From a virus (taxonomy: Duplodnaviria > Caudoviricetes): 64,000 nt of DNA. A program made the position numbers and the translations under genes. Below are positions 8,348 to 18,442 of this stretch, in pieces. Numbering within the stretch: position 1 is the first letter of the stretch; every line of letters starts with the position of its first letter. The notes under the pieces were generated by a model. The model ran no database searches. It worked only from the letters and a program-made list of their open reading frames with translations, and was not told the DNA's origin. The DNA is taken from the IMG/VR virus record IMGVR_UViG_3300032138_000002, positions 32,001 to 96,000 of that record; one strand, written 5' to 3'.

Positions 8348-9763
8348 CTAGTAGGTTGTGGGTTGACCCGGTATACTAGTTATAACAGAATTAAAGGCCT
8401 TTGTCAAGGCTTCTTTTGGATTTTCCGTATCACATTTAATAAAGCTTTGGCATGTCGTAGGGTTAACTAAGTTTCCAACGTAATGCTTGATCTTTTCTTT
8501 TACGTATACTTGGGCCTTTGTAAACCCATAAAAGTTATTAAACATCACAATGTTTTTGACCATTGCGTCATAGTCGCTTTGTGAAATTCGCAAATTATGT
8601 TCGAGAATTTTAGAATCCATGATAAATTTTAACATATACATATCACTGTATTGAAGATTAAAATTCTCATGAGTAGCCAACTCTCTTTTTAATAATGCAA
8701 AAGTGCCGGCACAACTTTTCGGTGTTGACAACCCCGTCCTCTTGGTATAATAGGAAAAATGGGGATCAAAGTCCTTACTAGTTGCAACCAAATTAGTTAA
8801 CTTAACATCTTTATTTCTATAATCTGATAATTTTACTTTGACATAATTCTCAAACTTCGCGAGGCGATTAAACCCTTCTACAATGTGATGGCGAACCAGG
8901 GCTATGTCGCTCAAATACGCGGGGATAAAGTATTCACTAAATAAATTAGTAGAGGTGCCCGGGTCGTAGCGCAAATCATAATCCTTAGAATCTATAAAGT
9001 CGCCGGTGGCCGTATTAACAAATCTCGTTAATGGCACCATCCATTGTTGCATGGGAATGGAAGAAACATTGGCGACCAGGCGCCATGGAGCGTATCTATC
9101 TATATAAAAGCCGTGTTTGACCGCTGCGTTTTTATAAAAGAGAAAAGCCGGATCTCGTAGAAATAATTGTTTTTGTTGATAGGTGCCATCAAAGTTCGCC
9201 TTAGCGGTATCCAAGATAAGTCCGCTAGCTTTTGGAGAACACCAACCGGATTTTATAAACGAACTCAGAGAGAGGGGTGTCATCGCAGCAAAAATACGAA
9301 TGTAGCCAATTAATTGGTTAACGTAGTCTTCGACACTTATCACCTTTTGGGATAAACGAGAACCCAATAAATATTTGTTAAATACATCAAAATATTTGGT
9401 GGCGTAGAAGTCATAGAGGTCGTTGGGGTCTGACCATCCTTGAACAGCATGGAGATCTGCGAAACGCGAAAGATTATCAACTCTGCGTGCTGCAGTTGCC
9501 TTAAGAATATGAGTTTGGAGTGCGTTGAATGAGTCAATGACAAAGTTGAGTGCTTGGGTAGATTGGTCGTTGTACAACGTTTCTTTTATACGAATCTCGG
9601 CCTGGTGAGCGGGGATGTATACCGCATCCTGTATTTTATTAACTTTGCCATATAAAGTCTTTTCATTCCGCATGTCAATAAACTCTGGGGAAGGAGGTAC
9701 CACTAATCTATCGTAGAATTTAGCATCCCGATATCTAGTGTAGGAATCGCGTGTTGGGGCCAT
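8348..9763 (-). CDS. hypothetical protein, end of the tail/baseplate operon
   Basis: 471 aa ORF coupled to the upstream gene; no recognisable motif. Confidence 0.7.
   Translation of the reverse strand: MAPTRDSYTRYRDAKFYDRLVVPPSPEFIDMRNEKTLYGKVNKIQDAVYIPAHQAEIRIKETLYNDQSTQALNFVIDSFNALQTHILKATAARRVDNLSRFADLHAVQGWSDPNDLYDFYATKYFDVFNKYLLGSRLSQKVISVEDYVNQLIGYIRIFAAMTPLSLSSFIKSGWCSPKASGLILDTAKANFDGTYQQKQLFLRDPAFLFYKNAAVKHGFYIDRYAPWRLVANVSSIPMQQWMVPLTRFVNTATGDFIDSKDYDLRYDPGTSTNLFSEYFIPAYLSDIALVRHHIVEGFNRLAKFENYVKVKLSDYRNKDVKLTNLVATSKDFDPHFSYYTKRTGLSTPKSCAGTFALLKRELATHENFNLQYSDMYMLKFIMDSKILEHNLRISQSDYDAMVKNIVMFNNFYGFTKAQVYVKEKIKHYVGNLVNPTTCQSFIKCDTENPKEALTKAFNSVITSIPGQPTTY
8379..8407 (-). promoter_or_regulatory. 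sigma70-type promoter for the polA-tubulin block
   Basis: TTGACA, 17 nt spacer, TGtTATAAC, inside the 3' end of the upstream gene. Confidence 0.65.
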
Positions 9764-12700
9764 CAGAATGGGCCTCCTTCATCCGTACTCTCATCGGGCT
9801 TTTCATAATCAAATCCGATTGTCCGGTCAGTAAACACCGATAACTCTCGCCCCTCCACTTGCCGAAACAGATCATTTTCAGCGCTAGATTGTTGCGGGCC
9901 TGCTCCGGTTTGTGCGCCCTCTTCAGCGCGTTCAAGCGTTCCGATGACTTCAATACGATCTTGAATACTTTTTTCAAGTTCCTTTTGAGAGGCCGGGCCA
10001 AAGGCAGACCCAAAAGAATTCCAAAAGGATTCAATGGTGCTGGTCCACTCGGGTTTGTTGGCAGCATTTACTTTCAGTTGGTGTCGTGTTTTGGTAACAA
10101 AATAATATCCCCCTAGTCCCATGAGGCGCGCTCGTGAAATTGCACCTTGCTGTTCCGCAGCTAAAGACCCTAACGCGTCGACATCGTGGCCCGTGTTGGC
10201 GATCCTTCGGCGGAAATTCTGAATGTCCTTATTAACGTCTCCCATGCCCCATGGCATGCGCAAATAAAAATATCTACCTGCTTTAAAAGCAATATTGCCT
10301 ATTGTTGTAAAATTGCAATTATAGACCTCGCTTAACTGGGTTGAGTTTCCGAGAAGGCCTTTTTCGGCCCGGGCTTCCATCAAGAATGGCTGATCTGCGC
10401 GATTAAGTTGTATATTCTTAATAGGCACCCCCTCGCGCCCTAATTCTACATAAATAACCCCCTTGCTTGTGTCTAATGTTTTATCGTTTTTTAAAAAAGA
10501 CGGGTCGGAAGTTTCCACTGCGATGACACACAAATTTTGGTCGATGCCCAAAGGAGCGGCATCTAAAAAGCTTGTGAGATCCTCATCATTAGTTGTTCCC
10601 GTCGTCCGATTATTGCTTAGGGACGCGTCGCGACCTAAAGATTGACGGACCTCGGGGCCCAGGAAGAAGCCGTCGCTGTCATCGTGCGTGGAATGGGCGA
10701 GTCGGGAAGTTGCCTTTACTCCGATCGGCTGATTTTTTGTAATATCCTGATATTGTACAAACGGTCTATATGCTTTGGAAATTTTCTCTCCGGTTGGACC
10801 TGTTGCTCGGCCCGAATAATTATTGAGAGGCTTGATTACCAAATCTATTAAAGCATCTTTTAAAAAAGCCTTGAAAGAATAAGTTTCTTTCATGGGATCC
10901 AATACCTTTCTCACCCAAAAGTCTGCAAAGCTGCTGTACGCAATGGGAAAAGAAGCTAAATTAATCACATGGGTCGTTTCATCACTCAAGTAGGCTGTCC
11001 ACTCAAAATTGCTGAGAATATGGGTTGCAGTTTTGAACGTCTGGGCCTCTTCCAGGCTTACCAAACCCTGATAGCCCTCGATGGCGTTTGCGCGTCTTTC
11101 GTCACCAACCAAGATCCTCCCGTCGACGTCTGTAAATATATTTAAGGCATCTTCAATAAGATCTCCGAAATGGACCCATCGGAGTGTCGCCCCCACAAAA
11201 AGTTCCTGCTCCTTGTCGTCGAACATCGCTTCGAAGCCGGTCTTCCCAGTCGCTTTTTGATATTCTTTCCAGTAAGCCTGATCGATCTTAGGATTCAGCT
11301 TAAGGGGCCCTGTTAGCGTCTCCTTGCGATCAATTGTCTTTGGTGTCTCCCCCTTACGCTCACTTTTTAGTCGCTCGGTCTGTGCCCTTTCGACGTTGTT
11401 CATGGCTTCGCCTATCTCCTCTTGGTCGTCGCCAGTAGTAGAAACCCCTTCGACCCCGGAATCGGTCATTTGGGCGGCAATTGCCTCTCTTATGTCCGAA
11501 GCGGCGGAGCGAGCTTGCGAAACTCTTTTAGTCCGGGCGGACTGAGCCGTTTGATAGTCCCTTTGTGTTTGGGCATCCGGGGGCGCGCCGCCATCAGATG
11601 AGCGTTCATGGTTTTTGACCGCTGTGCGCTCATCTTTCGTGTAAGACGTACCTACTTGAGTTGAAAACACGTAGTTCTCTAGGAGAGACTTGGGGAGAAA
11701 GATGCTATTTATCCGAGGTGTATTATTGTTGTAGTGGCCGGTCCCCAAGGCGCGAATAAGATGACCCTGTGTGTGGGCTAGAACTCTTTCTTTTGTCATC
11801 TTAGTTTCTTTACGATACAGTTCCATGAAATTCTTGGCTAGCCAATACCGGTATACTCGCACAGCCTGTACGCTAAGTCGACCTTGGATCCGCTCTCGGC
11901 GGTCATGCTCTGTGAAGTGTACGATGACCGTTCCTTCTTCTAATACGTCCTGGTTTGCAATCGAGATAGAGGGCGCGTGACGTCCAAAGTTTTCACCCGG
12001 ATTGACGCCAAAGAGATCGTGATAATCATATGCGGAGAATCGGGCTCCTTTGGTTATGCCATTGGTGCTGAACAACGAATCAAATTCTTTGGGGTGGCTA
12101 TCGACAATACCCACAGTCTTAGCAGAAAGCTTTGCCTTTTCTTCCATGGCACTCCCCAAATTAATTCCCGACCTTTCTATGAGTGTGGTGCGGACGGAAG
12201 TAGCGAATTGCTCCTCTATGTGCCCAACTCGAATCAGATTTGTGCGAACGGGATCTGCGGCTATGGCCTCTTGGGATCCATTAAACTCAAACTCTATCTC
12301 AAAAGGGCCGCCGGGGATTTCAGGTTTAAAGAATATTTGATGTTGTTTCAGCGTTAAGAACATGGACAGGCGCTGGGCTTTTATCGCATTAAAAATATAT
12401 TCCGGGTTACTCCCTGGAATGGCTTTTGTGGCTTGCCTAAGAAATTCTTTGTCCGGAAGGTCGTACCCTACCTCAACTAAAATACGGAAATAAGCATCAT
12501 TGAAGACCCTATCTTCTATGGCATCCTCTCCGGCTAGCTTCACCATCTTTTTTGGTCGCAAAATAAGGTCCGAAAATGCCACCTTTTGTTCCCCATCAGT
12601 GTACTCATGGAAAAAGGCATCCGTGCTTGAAAAATAAAGACGCAACTTACAATTAATAAAGTAGTCCACTTCAGCCGGGTTAGTTCCTAAAAAATCAAAC

Positions 12701-13176
12701 GTAAAATCCTTCAAACCCACTGCTAAATGTCCCGGCATAACGTTTGCATATGAATCGGCCGGTAGGGGCGATGTTTGCTGTAAAGTCCTAGGGTCCCCAA
12801 AATTATTAAGAGGCAATAACACTCGGGGCGGATTTTCATCTCGTTCATTGCGGGGCTTAATTTTATAAATCTTTAATTTAGGATTAAGGGACGAAAGTAA
12901 CTCTTTGGGAAGTTTTTCCATTAAAGAAAAGTTTCGTATTTTATCTCCACTCAAAACACCGTTGTCGAGGAGGGCTAAATATTGAGAATGGTGCTCAAAA
13001 TTATTAGGCATAAAAAGAAACCTTTTATAACCCCCATTTTGAGGGGGCGCATGATACATCGCAAAAAGATCCAAGTTATCAGTTAAAAAAGCCTGTTCAT
13101 TAAAAGTATCTAGCTCATTGGCTTCGGTGATATCTTTAGGTAGCTGCTGGGTGTCTTGTGTTTGATCCGATCCCAT
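9763..13176 (-). CDS. putative baseplate hub protein
   Basis: 1137 aa, follows the LysM/gp53-like gene; C-terminal TIGN...LGGYYFVTKTRH resembles hub beta-barrel ends. Confidence 0.55.
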   Translation of the reverse strand: MGSDQTQDTQQLPKDITEANELDTFNEQAFLTDNLDLFAMYHAPPQNGGYKRFLFMPNNFEHHSQYLALLDNGVLSGDKIRNFSLMEKLPKELLSSLNPKLKIYKIKPRNERDENPPRVLLPLNNFGDPRTLQQTSPLPADSYANVMPGHLAVGLKDFTFDFLGTNPAEVDYFINCKLRLYFSSTDAFFHEYTDGEQKVAFSDLILRPKKMVKLAGEDAIEDRVFNDAYFRILVEVGYDLPDKEFLRQATKAIPGSNPEYIFNAIKAQRLSMFLTLKQHQIFFKPEIPGGPFEIEFEFNGSQEAIAADPVRTNLIRVGHIEEQFATSVRTTLIERSGINLGSAMEEKAKLSAKTVGIVDSHPKEFDSLFSTNGITKGARFSAYDYHDLFGVNPGENFGRHAPSISIANQDVLEEGTVIVHFTEHDRRERIQGRLSVQAVRVYRYWLAKNFMELYRKETKMTKERVLAHTQGHLIRALGTGHYNNNTPRINSIFLPKSLLENYVFSTQVGTSYTKDERTAVKNHERSSDGGAPPDAQTQRDYQTAQSARTKRVSQARSAASDIREAIAAQMTDSGVEGVSTTGDDQEEIGEAMNNVERAQTERLKSERKGETPKTIDRKETLTGPLKLNPKIDQAYWKEYQKATGKTGFEAMFDDKEQELFVGATLRWVHFGDLIEDALNIFTDVDGRILVGDERRANAIEGYQGLVSLEEAQTFKTATHILSNFEWTAYLSDETTHVINLASFPIAYSSFADFWVRKVLDPMKETYSFKAFLKDALIDLVIKPLNNYSGRATGPTGEKISKAYRPFVQYQDITKNQPIGVKATSRLAHSTHDDSDGFFLGPEVRQSLGRDASLSNNRTTGTTNDEDLTSFLDAAPLGIDQNLCVIAVETSDPSFLKNDKTLDTSKGVIYVELGREGVPIKNIQLNRADQPFLMEARAEKGLLGNSTQLSEVYNCNFTTIGNIAFKAGRYFYLRMPWGMGDVNKDIQNFRRRIANTGHDVDALGSLAAEQQGAISRARLMGLGGYYFVTKTRHQLKVNAANKPEWTSTIESFWNSFGSAFGPASQKELEKSIQDRIEVIGTLERAEEGAQTGAGPQQSSAENDLFRQVEGRELSVFTDRTIGFDYEKPDESTDEGGPF

Positions 13177-13184
13177 CTTTTCTC

Positions 13185-13514
13185 CTAGGTCAATGCCAGC
13201 ACGTCATCGAGGGGAAGAGGTATATATATAACATCTCCCAGACTCACCTCTGCCTCCATAGGGCGCTTATTAAACCAGGCAATAACCCACCAGTATTGAG
13301 TAGTACCATAATATTGTTCAGATAATTTATAAAAACGATCGCCCATTTTCCATGTATGATTAATAATATTTAATTTTTGTATCTGAGCGGGGCTAGGATA
13401 ATTAATCATTGGTGTTGTAAAGTGGCGGATAAACTTTTTTCCTCGATCACGGATAAAAGAGCGATAAATTTTTTGGGCATTGTTAATAACCCCATATGAA
13501 TAATTTCTTGACAT
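13185..13514 (-). CDS. LysM-like baseplate wedge protein (gp53-like)
   Basis: GDRFYKLSEQYYGTTQYWWVIAWFN...GDVIYIP. Confidence 0.85.
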   Translation of the reverse strand: MSRNYSYGVINNAQKIYRSFIRDRGKKFIRHFTTPMINYPSPAQIQKLNIINHTWKMGDRFYKLSEQYYGTTQYWWVIAWFNKRPMEAEVSLGDVIYIPLPLDDVLALT

Positions 13515-13544
13515 TGTTTTGTTCCTTGTGTAATGACTGCGGGG

Positions 13545-14591
13545 CTACAAGTTATCCCAGAAAGAGCCGTCATCATCGAGCATTTCGTTTACTTGAGCCT
13601 CTTTTACAGCCCGGGTTGTATCGGGGGGTCTACTGAGCGGATCCACGTAAGCCCTCTGATCCAACTCTTGTTGAGCGGCGTTTAATTCTTCGTCGATGCC
13701 CTGTGTCGCCCCTGGTGAAGTGACGCTAGCTTCTGGAGTTCCGGTTGGGGTGGGCCTCGCCGTTTGATTTCCCTTGGAATTTAAAGCATACGGCACGTGG
13801 CGGTGGGAAAATTCTGGTGCACCGTCTTCTCCGATAAACCAGCCGGGAGTTACATCGTTGAAGGGATGGTAATTAAATTGAAGACTAATATTAGAAGGAT
13901 AAAAAATTCCTTCCTTACCCTGATCCCAGAAGAAGCCCGCATCCATATTAAAACTATAACTGAGGCCATCAATATATCCTTTAAGGCCGCTTTCTTTTGC
14001 ACTTGGACTTTTTACGCCCGCAGAGTTCCCATCGACTATAAAATTAAGAAATTTAATTTTGAAAAGCGGGTCTCCGCCAGATTTAACATATTTCTGAGGG
14101 ATTCCGGCTGACATTTCTTTTTCTGATACGGGGTGAAGCATTTTCACAAGCATGGAAAGTGCTTCGAGGTTTCGTTTGGCTTCGGCAGTGCTTCCGGCGA
14201 CGACATCTAACCCAATAGAAATAATCCTTTCAATCGTCTTAACCTTTTTGAGTGGCTCGGGATGTCCTACCAAAACTTCCGAAGCTAAATCACTCCGAAA
14301 TTGGTCGTCCCACGCATTTAACATTGCCTTAAGGCGAATTGTTTTCTTAGCGTGCACGCCATAAATCTCGATGAATAAATCGTGGTTGTTAGCCATGCTG
14401 TCGGTGCCGTCAGTAGAATACCCCTGAAACAAAGCCGGTGCCACCGTTTGGCTTGGGGACCCGGGGACATCCGACGGACACACAGTTTCTTCGCTTTGTC
14501 CAAAAGCTTGCATGTATTCGGGCGAATCCAAGAAACTCGGGTTTGCTACCGATTGTTGTGGTGTGGTGGGGTCTATGGGGGAAGTGGCCAT
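13545..14591 (-). CDS. putative tail tube initiator / baseplate protein
   Basis: Lies between tape measure and LysM genes; tube-like pattern R.ISIGLDV...GYIDGLSYSF. Confidence 0.55.
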   Translation of the reverse strand: MATSPIDPTTPQQSVANPSFLDSPEYMQAFGQSEETVCPSDVPGSPSQTVAPALFQGYSTDGTDSMANNHDLFIEIYGVHAKKTIRLKAMLNAWDDQFRSDLASEVLVGHPEPLKKVKTIERIISIGLDVVAGSTAEAKRNLEALSMLVKMLHPVSEKEMSAGIPQKYVKSGGDPLFKIKFLNFIVDGNSAGVKSPSAKESGLKGYIDGLSYSFNMDAGFFWDQGKEGIFYPSNISLQFNYHPFNDVTPGWFIGEDGAPEFSHRHVPYALNSKGNQTARPTPTGTPEASVTSPGATQGIDEELNAAQQELDQRAYVDPLSRPPDTTRAVKEAQVNEMLDDDGSFWDNL

Positions 14592-14622
14592 TGAATGATT
14601 AACCTTTATATACTATTAATTA

Positions 14623-17004
14623 TTAAGCTCTTCGAAAATCTCGTGGAACATCGATACTAATAATCTTTTCTTGGGTGTCGATCACGGCAATTTGGCCTCG
14701 ATTGTGTAAGCTGTCTGATTTATTTGCTTGTTTCATGCCTTGAGCGACTGCGTTAGCCAATTGACGTCCTGAAGCGGGGCCCTGGGTCATCATATTACGA
14801 TTTAACGCTAGCATTCCGGCTGTTAGTCCTTGGATATTTCTATTGTTAATAACAGACGAGGCCGGAGGTGCTGCGATAATTTCGCCCCCTAGACCTTCGT
14901 TAACTCCAATGGCTGGTACTGCCGGAGTGTTATCGGTGCCATTCTCAAATAGACTACCGATCCACCCGGCCGCGGCTCCTACGCCGGCGCCGATGAAGGT
15001 GCCAACACCAGGGATGACACTGCCTATGGTAGCGCCTAGTGCTGCCCCTCCGGCGATCATACTACCGGTGCTGTCTTCTTTAATACCATGGTGCAGCAGG
15101 GCCCCTCCACCGATTGCACCCGCTCCGCGCATTGCCCATTTGCCCAGTCCGCCGACTTTTCCCATGAAACCACCACCGCCGGCCGGCCTTCTTGGGCCGA
15201 TAAAGCCGCCGGATCCGCCCATTCGGGCAGCATTGAGCATATGATATTCCGATGTTAGGAGGGCGACGGCAACGCCTTCAGCCTCCAACGCAGCGATATT
15301 TTTGGCTGTCATTGGTATCATAAAGGCCGCGGCTGTACGTAGGGCTTTCATAAATTTGATCACCATCATCAGCGCGGCGGCTACACCCATTATTTTACCG
15401 GGCCAACCGCCAAGTGCGGCATTAAATGTGGCGAAACCTGCCAGTATGCCAGAAATTACGGTGAAGAAGCCCTCAAAAGATATGGCGAAACTCATCATTG
15501 TCATTTTCAGTTCTTCAAAAATAGACATCGAGCGGCGTGCCAAATCGGCATGCCTTTCTTGTTGTTCGGCTGCAGCCTCCATCTCGGCGCGGTTCACGTG
15601 CATGCTTTGATTGAAGAACTGAGCCGCATCAGCTACATTGTTAAAACCGGCTGCTGTGGCCAAAGCTTGTTTCTCATGGTGCCCCATTGCCTCAAAGGAT
15701 TTTCCAGACAACTCAATGGTTTGGTGAAGCAATTCCATTCTTTCAGATTCGGTAGCGTAGACCATATCGATGGAATTAAGGTAGGCGCCCCCCAATATTC
15801 CATTTAAGCGTCCGACACTTTCGGCTGCACCGGCAAAAGTATCAAACTTTTTAGCGACGGCAACAAGCTTGTTCATTGAAACACCCGTTTGTTCGGACAT
15901 AATCCCCAAGTCTTTAACAATATTTGTCGCTTGAGCCCCGCGGGACGCTAGTGCTTCGAGAGCTTGGGCTGTGTCCCCTAGGAATTTATTAACATCCATA
16001 TTGAGAGCTTTTGCAAAATCTACAAACTCTCCTGTCATTTCTTTTGCTTGTGCAGTCCCCAAATTTAATGTTCGGCTTAGGGATTGAAAAACTGCACTGG
16101 TTTGTGCGGAGCCCACTCCCGCTCGTTCCAACGTAGCCACGAATACGGTGAGTTCTTGTTGGGCGGAAGCAGTCATATTCCTAAAGTCGGTTGTGTTTTT
16201 GTAAAGGGCGTTAAAAGCGGTGCTAGCAGTATCGATGCCTAAACCCATTCCTCGTAGTTCGGTCGCAGAGTCACTAAGTGTATCAACAAAATCACTATTA
16301 GCACCTGTGCTTTTCACTGTTCCAGCAGTCAACGCATCCATTTGCCCCGTTAACTCATACGTCCACGTTGCAAACCCTCCGGCAAATCTACTTAAACCTT
16401 GTTCAGCCATGTCTTTAAAGTTTAGTTTGGCCTCATTAAGACCGCCGACGAGCTTGCCCAGGCCCATGGCTACGCCGCCGAGTAGTGTCTTCTCGAATTC
16501 TTTCCCCATCGATACCATACTTAAGAGGTGACCGCCGGCCGCCTTTACAGAACGATTAACTTGATCATTCTGGTCATTTATTTTTTTGAGAATTCGTTCT
16601 TGTTTGACATACTCTTCATTCTGTTTTTGAATGGCAACGCGTTGTGCGTCCGTGAGATTGACAAACTCCTGAAGAATTGCGGCCTTTTCCTCTAAAGCAA
16701 GCTTCTCTTTTATTTGATCATTAGTTAGATCCGCACCGATATCTTTCTTTGCTTCCAGGAATCCTAGTTCATCCTGTACATCTTTTAGGCGCCTACGATT
16801 TGCGTCAGCGCCTTCCTTGGCGAGATCTATATTTTTTTGAGCGGCTGCAGCGAGCGCCTCTGCGTTTTCAACGGCCTGCTTAAGATAATTAAAGGTGTCC
16901 CCTGTCGCCTTGGCCATGTCACGAGATTGTTTGGTTACGAGAGCGAGTGCATCTGCCAGAGCTTTTACATCGGAAACTTGAGGAAGATTAGGATCATCAG
17001 CCAT
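14623..17004 (-). CDS. tape measure protein
   Basis: Long helical Ala-rich protein with a hydrophobic segment and Gly-zipper C-terminus, downstream of the tail chaperone. Confidence 0.8.
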   Translation of the reverse strand: MADDPNLPQVSDVKALADALALVTKQSRDMAKATGDTFNYLKQAVENAEALAAAAQKNIDLAKEGADANRRRLKDVQDELGFLEAKKDIGADLTNDQIKEKLALEEKAAILQEFVNLTDAQRVAIQKQNEEYVKQERILKKINDQNDQVNRSVKAAGGHLLSMVSMGKEFEKTLLGGVAMGLGKLVGGLNEAKLNFKDMAEQGLSRFAGGFATWTYELTGQMDALTAGTVKSTGANSDFVDTLSDSATELRGMGLGIDTASTAFNALYKNTTDFRNMTASAQQELTVFVATLERAGVGSAQTSAVFQSLSRTLNLGTAQAKEMTGEFVDFAKALNMDVNKFLGDTAQALEALASRGAQATNIVKDLGIMSEQTGVSMNKLVAVAKKFDTFAGAAESVGRLNGILGGAYLNSIDMVYATESERMELLHQTIELSGKSFEAMGHHEKQALATAAGFNNVADAAQFFNQSMHVNRAEMEAAAEQQERHADLARRSMSIFEELKMTMMSFAISFEGFFTVISGILAGFATFNAALGGWPGKIMGVAAALMMVIKFMKALRTAAAFMIPMTAKNIAALEAEGVAVALLTSEYHMLNAARMGGSGGFIGPRRPAGGGGFMGKVGGLGKWAMRGAGAIGGGALLHHGIKEDSTGSMIAGGAALGATIGSVIPGVGTFIGAGVGAAAGWIGSLFENGTDNTPAVPAIGVNEGLGGEIIAAPPASSVINNRNIQGLTAGMLALNRNMMTQGPASGRQLANAVAQGMKQANKSDSLHNRGQIAVIDTQEKIISIDVPRDFRRA

Positions 17005-17019
17005 TTATATACCCCCTGA

Positions 17020-17355
17020 TTAAGAAAATGGCCAAGGCACTCCGGTTTTTATATAAAATTCTTTTGCCGCTTTGTCTGTCAATGTTTTAAGATTTTGGGA
17101 GGTGGGGTGTGCCCCTCCATATGTAACAAGAGCTTGAACATAATTCTTTTCCAATCCTAGTGTTCTGGAAAGAATTTCAATCTGATCAGGGGTGCCGGTG
17201 ATAGAAAGGGCTGGTGCCGCTCCGGCCATCATCTGAGATATTGCCCACCCAAGGCGAGCGCCCATTTGTTGGAGACTGCTTTCATCGAGCTTTCCTGATT
17301 TTGAAACAGTAAAGTCAATGCTCTGTTTTATCTTATCTTCATTAACGGTCGACAT
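17020..17355 (-). CDS. hypothetical protein
   Basis: 111 aa with RBS and upstream CTATTTA motif. Confidence 0.7.
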   Translation of the reverse strand: MSTVNEDKIKQSIDFTVSKSGKLDESSLQQMGARLGWAISQMMAGAAPALSITGTPDQIEILSRTLGLEKNYVQALVTYGGAHPTSQNLKTLTDKAAKEFYIKTGVPWPFS

Positions 17356-17374
17356 AATAAATTCCTTAGCATAT

Positions 17375-17381
17375 TAAATAG
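17375..17381 (-). promoter_or_regulatory. late-promoter motif CTATTTA
   Basis: Intergenic, about 20 nt upstream of the 17355 start. Confidence 0.65.
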
Positions 17382-17387
17382 TTTGCA

Positions 17388-17546
17388 TTAACTATTTTTC
17401 TTCATTGCTTCTTGTTCATCCTTCAAGTACTTAACAAGTCTTTGGACAAACCAATCTCGAATTTGGATGGGGAGGGCGTACGCTTCGGCAAAACTCCAAT
17501 GGCCACGATGCTTTAGGAAGAAGAACTGTTCGTAGACGTTTTCCAT
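17388..17546 (-). CDS. tail chaperone C-terminal module, probably translated by frameshift from the upstream gene
   Basis: VYEQFFFLKHRGHWSFAEAYALPIQIRDWF; no RBS before the ATG; frame is open back through a T7 run. Confidence 0.7.
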   Translation of the reverse strand: MENVYEQFFFLKHRGHWSFAEAYALPIQIRDWFVQRLVKYLKDEQEAMKKNS

Positions 17547-17553
17547 GTATTTG

Positions 17554-18375
17554 CTATTGAGGCCAAAAAAACTCCGCCGTGAGCGGCAGAGAGACCTCCT
17601 CGTCAGCAAAGCAAGTGGGGCACTCAAACGGTACGTTCATATTTAAGTCGGGAGTTATCTCCTGATACAACTTGCGAAAGTATCGTGAATCGGCAGCCGG
17701 CATGCTATCAACATAACGGCTAATCGTAAGGCGCTCGTCATTTCCGTTAACTGAATTTAACACCAACTTAATAGTGTCGGTCAGTGTAGTTTCGGGAAGA
17801 TTCTTTTTCTTTTTTGCCTCCAACAACTGAGCAAGTCGTTTTTCATCTGCTCCTGTGGTGAGCCGGAAGGTAATTTCCCAGCCAGACTTTGGAAGTGTGG
17901 TGGAAAATGTCCCGTTGTTGTGGTCGGTAACCTCTGAAGGTGTAAGCGCTTCCTGATCTATAGACTGATTAAAAACAGTCTGGAGATCCGTGGTTTGTTT
18001 AGATCGCGAGGAGCACTGTGGGCACTGCATTGCATATGTATAACTGTCTCCGTAACCACTAATACGGGCGGCGAGGATAAGGGCGTTCTTATCTCCAATC
18101 AAAAGCGCGTTGGTTTCTACCGCGGGATTGACAATAAGGTTTTTAAGCATCCGATCTACAGCTAACCCTTTTCGAAGCAGCGAAGGGGACGTCAACGTAT
18201 CCTCGTCCCTAGCGGTCATATAGCGAATTTCTAGAGTTTCAGCGTTATGAAGTGGGTGATCTTCCGCGTAATATCGCCCCTTCGATGGGAGGGGCACCAA
18301 CTCTGTAGGTACGGGAATGGAAATCCCCATTCCGGCCGGTGGCCCGGGAGTGGCTGTAGGAGCATCAGTTGTCAT
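17554..18375 (-). CDS. tail/baseplate assembly chaperone (gp26-like)
   Basis: LPSKG..Y, MTARDEDTL, GDKNAL, two CxxC motifs; sits between tube and tape measure. Confidence 0.8.
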   Translation of the reverse strand: MTTDAPTATPGPPAGMGISIPVPTELVPLPSKGRYYAEDHPLHNAETLEIRYMTARDEDTLTSPSLLRKGLAVDRMLKNLIVNPAVETNALLIGDKNALILAARISGYGDSYTYAMQCPQCSSRSKQTTDLQTVFNQSIDQEALTPSEVTDHNNGTFSTTLPKSGWEITFRLTTGADEKRLAQLLEAKKKKNLPETTLTDTIKLVLNSVNGNDERLTISRYVDSMPAADSRYFRKLYQEITPDLNMNVPFECPTCFADEEVSLPLTAEFFWPQ

Positions 18376-18402
18376 TGTTCACCTCGATAAAGTAATAAGG
18401 TA

Positions 18403-18430
18403 ATTATAACACATAGTTATTTTTTGTTAA
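18403..18430 (-). promoter_or_regulatory. extended -10 sigma70-type promoter
   Basis: TTAACA, 16 nt spacer, TGtTATAAT; the 12-mer TGTTATAATTAC recurs at 37833-37844. Confidence 0.6.
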
Positions 18431-18442
18431 CACTAAAATTTT

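Noticed and set aside
9735-10067. Overlapping minus-strand ORF as a second frameshift product
   Set aside because: No slippery site or RBS; it is an alternative-frame shadow of the 1137-aa gene.
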